From: Desulfovibrio sp.
GTDB lineage: Bacteria; Desulfobacterota; Desulfovibrionia; Desulfovibrionales; Desulfovibrionaceae
Direction: 5' to 3'
Assembly (NCBI GenBank): GCA_024699605.1
Contig: JAILPJ010000071.1
Coordinates: 6,882-70,881 of the forward strand
DNA: 64,000 nucleotides
Shown: one piece after another, positions 62,205-64,000 of the stretch
How the letters are laid out: each line of letters begins with the position of its first letter
Numbering within the stretch: position 1 is the first letter of the stretch
Made by a program: the position numbers and the translations under genes
The notes under the pieces: generated by a model
Told to the model about the DNA's origin: nothing
Seen by the model: only the letters and a program-made list of their open reading frames with translations
Database searches by the model: none

Positions 62205-62247
62205 CGGCGTGGCCCTTGGGGTACCAACACCCTGCAACGCTTCTTCC
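62205..62247 (-). repeat. Degenerate orphan copy of the 5'UTR element
   Basis: Minus strand: GGAAG AAGCGT TGC AGGGTGTTGGTACCCC AAGGGCC ACGCCG. Only 4 bp of the outer stem remain and there is no downstream ORF. Confidence 0.4.
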
Positions 62248-62397
62248 CAACGGCCTAAAACAGGGGGCGCTTCGGCAAAAGAGCTGGGCCTTCAAGCAGC
62301 CAGAATGGCGACGAAACAGTCCAGGCTGCTTCATGGACCCTTCTGCCGGCTGAGCGTCGGCTCAGACGGCTATTCATACCAATCCAGGAAAAACAGC

Positions 62398-62455
62398 GGA
62401 GGCGGCGTTTGCGCTCCGTCCTCAATGGCGGGGTTTCCACGCTGAAAAAAGCAAG
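62398..62455 (+). promoter_or_regulatory. Structured 5'UTR element, copy 6 (upstream of ispH)
   Basis: GGAGG CGGCGT TTGCG CTCCGTC-ctcaat-GGCGGGG TTTCC ACGCTG AAAAAAGCAAG ATG. 53 nt from GGAGG to ATG. Confidence 0.78.
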
Positions 62456-63304
62456 ATGAATGTACTACGAGCACAAACAGCGGGTTTCTGTATGGGGGTC
62501 GGCCTTGCCCTAAAAAAACTGGACTCGGCTCTGGCCAAAAGTGATGGACGTAAAATTTCAACGTTGGGCCCCCTGATCCACAATCCTCAGGTACTGGCAG
62601 CCTATGAAGCCAAAGGTGTTGTTTGTGTAGAAGACATCGCCTCTCTTGGCATCCACGACTGTGTCGTGATTCGGGCCCACGGTATTCCGCGTGAACGCGA
62701 AATACTCCTCCGTCAGAGCGGAGCCTTTGTCGTTGATGCCACCTGCCCAAAAGTCAAAAAGGCCCAGCTGGCCATTGCCCATGCCACACAACATGGCGAA
62801 GCCCTGATACTGTTTGGCGAAGCCGATCATCCAGAAGTTCGCGGCCTGATCTCGTACGCCCAGGGGCCGGCCTGTGTCATCGGTGCCGACGACGATCTTC
62901 AAAATCTGCCAGTGCCGCTGGAGCGAGGACTGGTGCTGGCCTCGCAAACGACCCAGGATCGCGAAGCGTTTCAACGACTTGAACGCAAAGCGGCCAGTCT
63001 GCACCCCGATCTTGAGGTGCTTTCAACCATCTGTGACGCCACGAAACAACGTCAGGAAGAGGCTCGTTCCATTGCCCAGAAAGTCGATATTATGGTTGTC
63101 GTTGGGGGACGACAAAGTGGCAATACCCGCAGACTGGCTGATGTAGTGGCCGCCTGCGGCATTGAAACTGTGCTTGTGGAAACAGCCGACGAGCTGGAAG
63201 AAAAAAAATTTCGGCAAAAAGCATGCGTAGGCCTAACGGCTGGCGCATCTACGCCGAAAAGCCTCATAGATATGGCCGAAGCACGACTCGCTGCCATGGA
63301 GTAA
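62456..63304 (+). CDS. ispH: 4-hydroxy-3-methylbut-2-enyl diphosphate reductase
   Basis: AGFCMGV, IHNP, RAHG, DATCPKV, HPEV, SQTT, TICDAT, SGNT, TAGASTP. Confidence 0.96.
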   Translation: MNVLRAQTAGFCMGVGLALKKLDSALAKSDGRKISTLGPLIHNPQVLAAYEAKGVVCVEDIASLGIHDCVVIRAHGIPREREILLRQSGAFVVDATCPKVKKAQLAIAHATQHGEALILFGEADHPEVRGLISYAQGPACVIGADDDLQNLPVPLERGLVLASQTTQDREAFQRLERKAASLHPDLEVLSTICDATKQRQEEARSIAQKVDIMVVVGGRQSGNTRRLADVVAACGIETVLVETADELEEKKFRQKACVGLTAGASTPKSLIDMAEARLAAME

Positions 63305-63353
63305 GTGCCGGCAAATTCTCAGTTTTTTATGCCGGCATGCACGCGGAGGAGAT

Positions 63354-64000
63354 ATGTCACAAACTGCCATCACCAATATCCTGTTGGAAGCCGGAACCAA
63401 TGAACTCGAGATAGTGGAATTTTATCTCGATGAAGCGCTTACCGAAGAAGATATTGCTCGCGTGGAAGCTTTGGCCCAGATGGAAGGACATGCCTCCTCG
63501 TTGAAAAAGGAGACTTCCAACACTCCGGGCGATTTGGGGAGTTTTCTGCTGCCAGGAGAAAAACAGGCACACAAAACGTTTTATCGCGGCTATTATGGCG
63601 TCAACGTGGCCAAAGTGACAGAAATCATTCGCATGCCCAGAGTCACTGAACTGCCGGAACTGCAAAGTCCAAGTGTCAAAGGGGCCTTTAATCTGCGCAA
63701 CCGCATTGTCCCCCTTGTGGACCTTGGTCAGTGGCTGGGGAAAATTCCGGCCCATGAAAGCCAGGACACCAAAGCCATTGTCACGGAATTCAACAATGTC
63801 AATACCGCCTTTATGGTCACAGGCGTCAACCGTATTCACCGTATCAGTTGGGAAGAGGTTGAACCTCCGAACCAGTATGTTTCTAGCGTTTCAAGTGACA
63901 CGATAGTCGGCGTGGTCAAATTCGATGATCGTATTGTCTTTTTGCTGGATCTGGAAAAAATCGTCACCAATCTCAATCCCCGTCTGGCGCTGCGTCTTGG
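63354..64000 (+). CDS. cheV: CheV-like chemotaxis protein (CheW domain visible), runs off the window; absent from the ORF track
   Basis: GGAGGAG RBS; MSQTAITNILLEAGTNELEIVEFYLDE...YGVNVAKVTEIIRMP...FNLRNRIVPLVDL...RIHRISWEEV...LLDLEKIV. Confidence 0.88.
   Translation, partial: MSQTAITNILLEAGTNELEIVEFYLDEALTEEDIARVEALAQMEGHASSLKKETSNTPGDLGSFLLPGEKQAHKTFYRGYYGVNVAKVTEIIRMPRVTELPELQSPSVKGAFNLRNRIVPLVDLGQWLGKIPAHESQDTKAIVTEFNNVNTAFMVTGVNRIHRISWEEVEPPNQYVSSVSSDTIVGVVKFDDRIVFLLDLEKIVTNLNPRLALRL

Noticed and set aside
1-64000. CRISPR array, transposase, prophage or selenocysteine read-through
   Set aside because: No regularly spaced direct repeats, no mobile-element or phage ORFs, and no gene interrupted by an in-frame TGA were found by eye.

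Overview
Chromosomal, mostly housekeeping window from a sulfate-reducing Desulfovibrionaceae-like bacterium, judged from HmcE/HmcF, the HmcA-like cytochrome and the Desulfovibrio-type CheV/FliD. It holds about 52 CDSs, one tRNA(CAT) and several intrinsic terminators. I saw no transposase, integrase, prophage or CRISPR array. Main loci: a three-gene mini-Hmc redox module plus Rrf2; thyX; an RND pump; pyrBC; tyrS; hisIG; fliDS; a four-gene alpha-glucan/glycogen locus ending in a GT3 glycogen synthase-GT35 phosphorylase fusion; a minimal SufC/SufB pair; envelope-glycan genes (hldD, hldE, polyprenyl sugar transferase, GT4, WbpP-like epimerase); rimO, ubiX, mltG, cbiAC, ispH and cheV. The most striking signal is non-coding: a ~55-nt structured element repeated directly upstream of the start codons of six unrelated genes (rrf2, tyrS, GT4, wbpP-like, cbiA, ispH). 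It reads GGAGG - 6-nt arm - 27-30 nt containing a variable hairpin - complementary arm - 8-11 nt A-rich spacer - ATG, and shows compensatory base changes. These genes mostly lack a proximal Shine-Dalgarno, and the GGAGG lies 50-53 nt from the ATG. This suggests a conformation-dependent 'split RBS' or translational switch. All product calls come from motif recognition by eye, with no database searches. Start codons were re-picked from RBS context and family N-termini.
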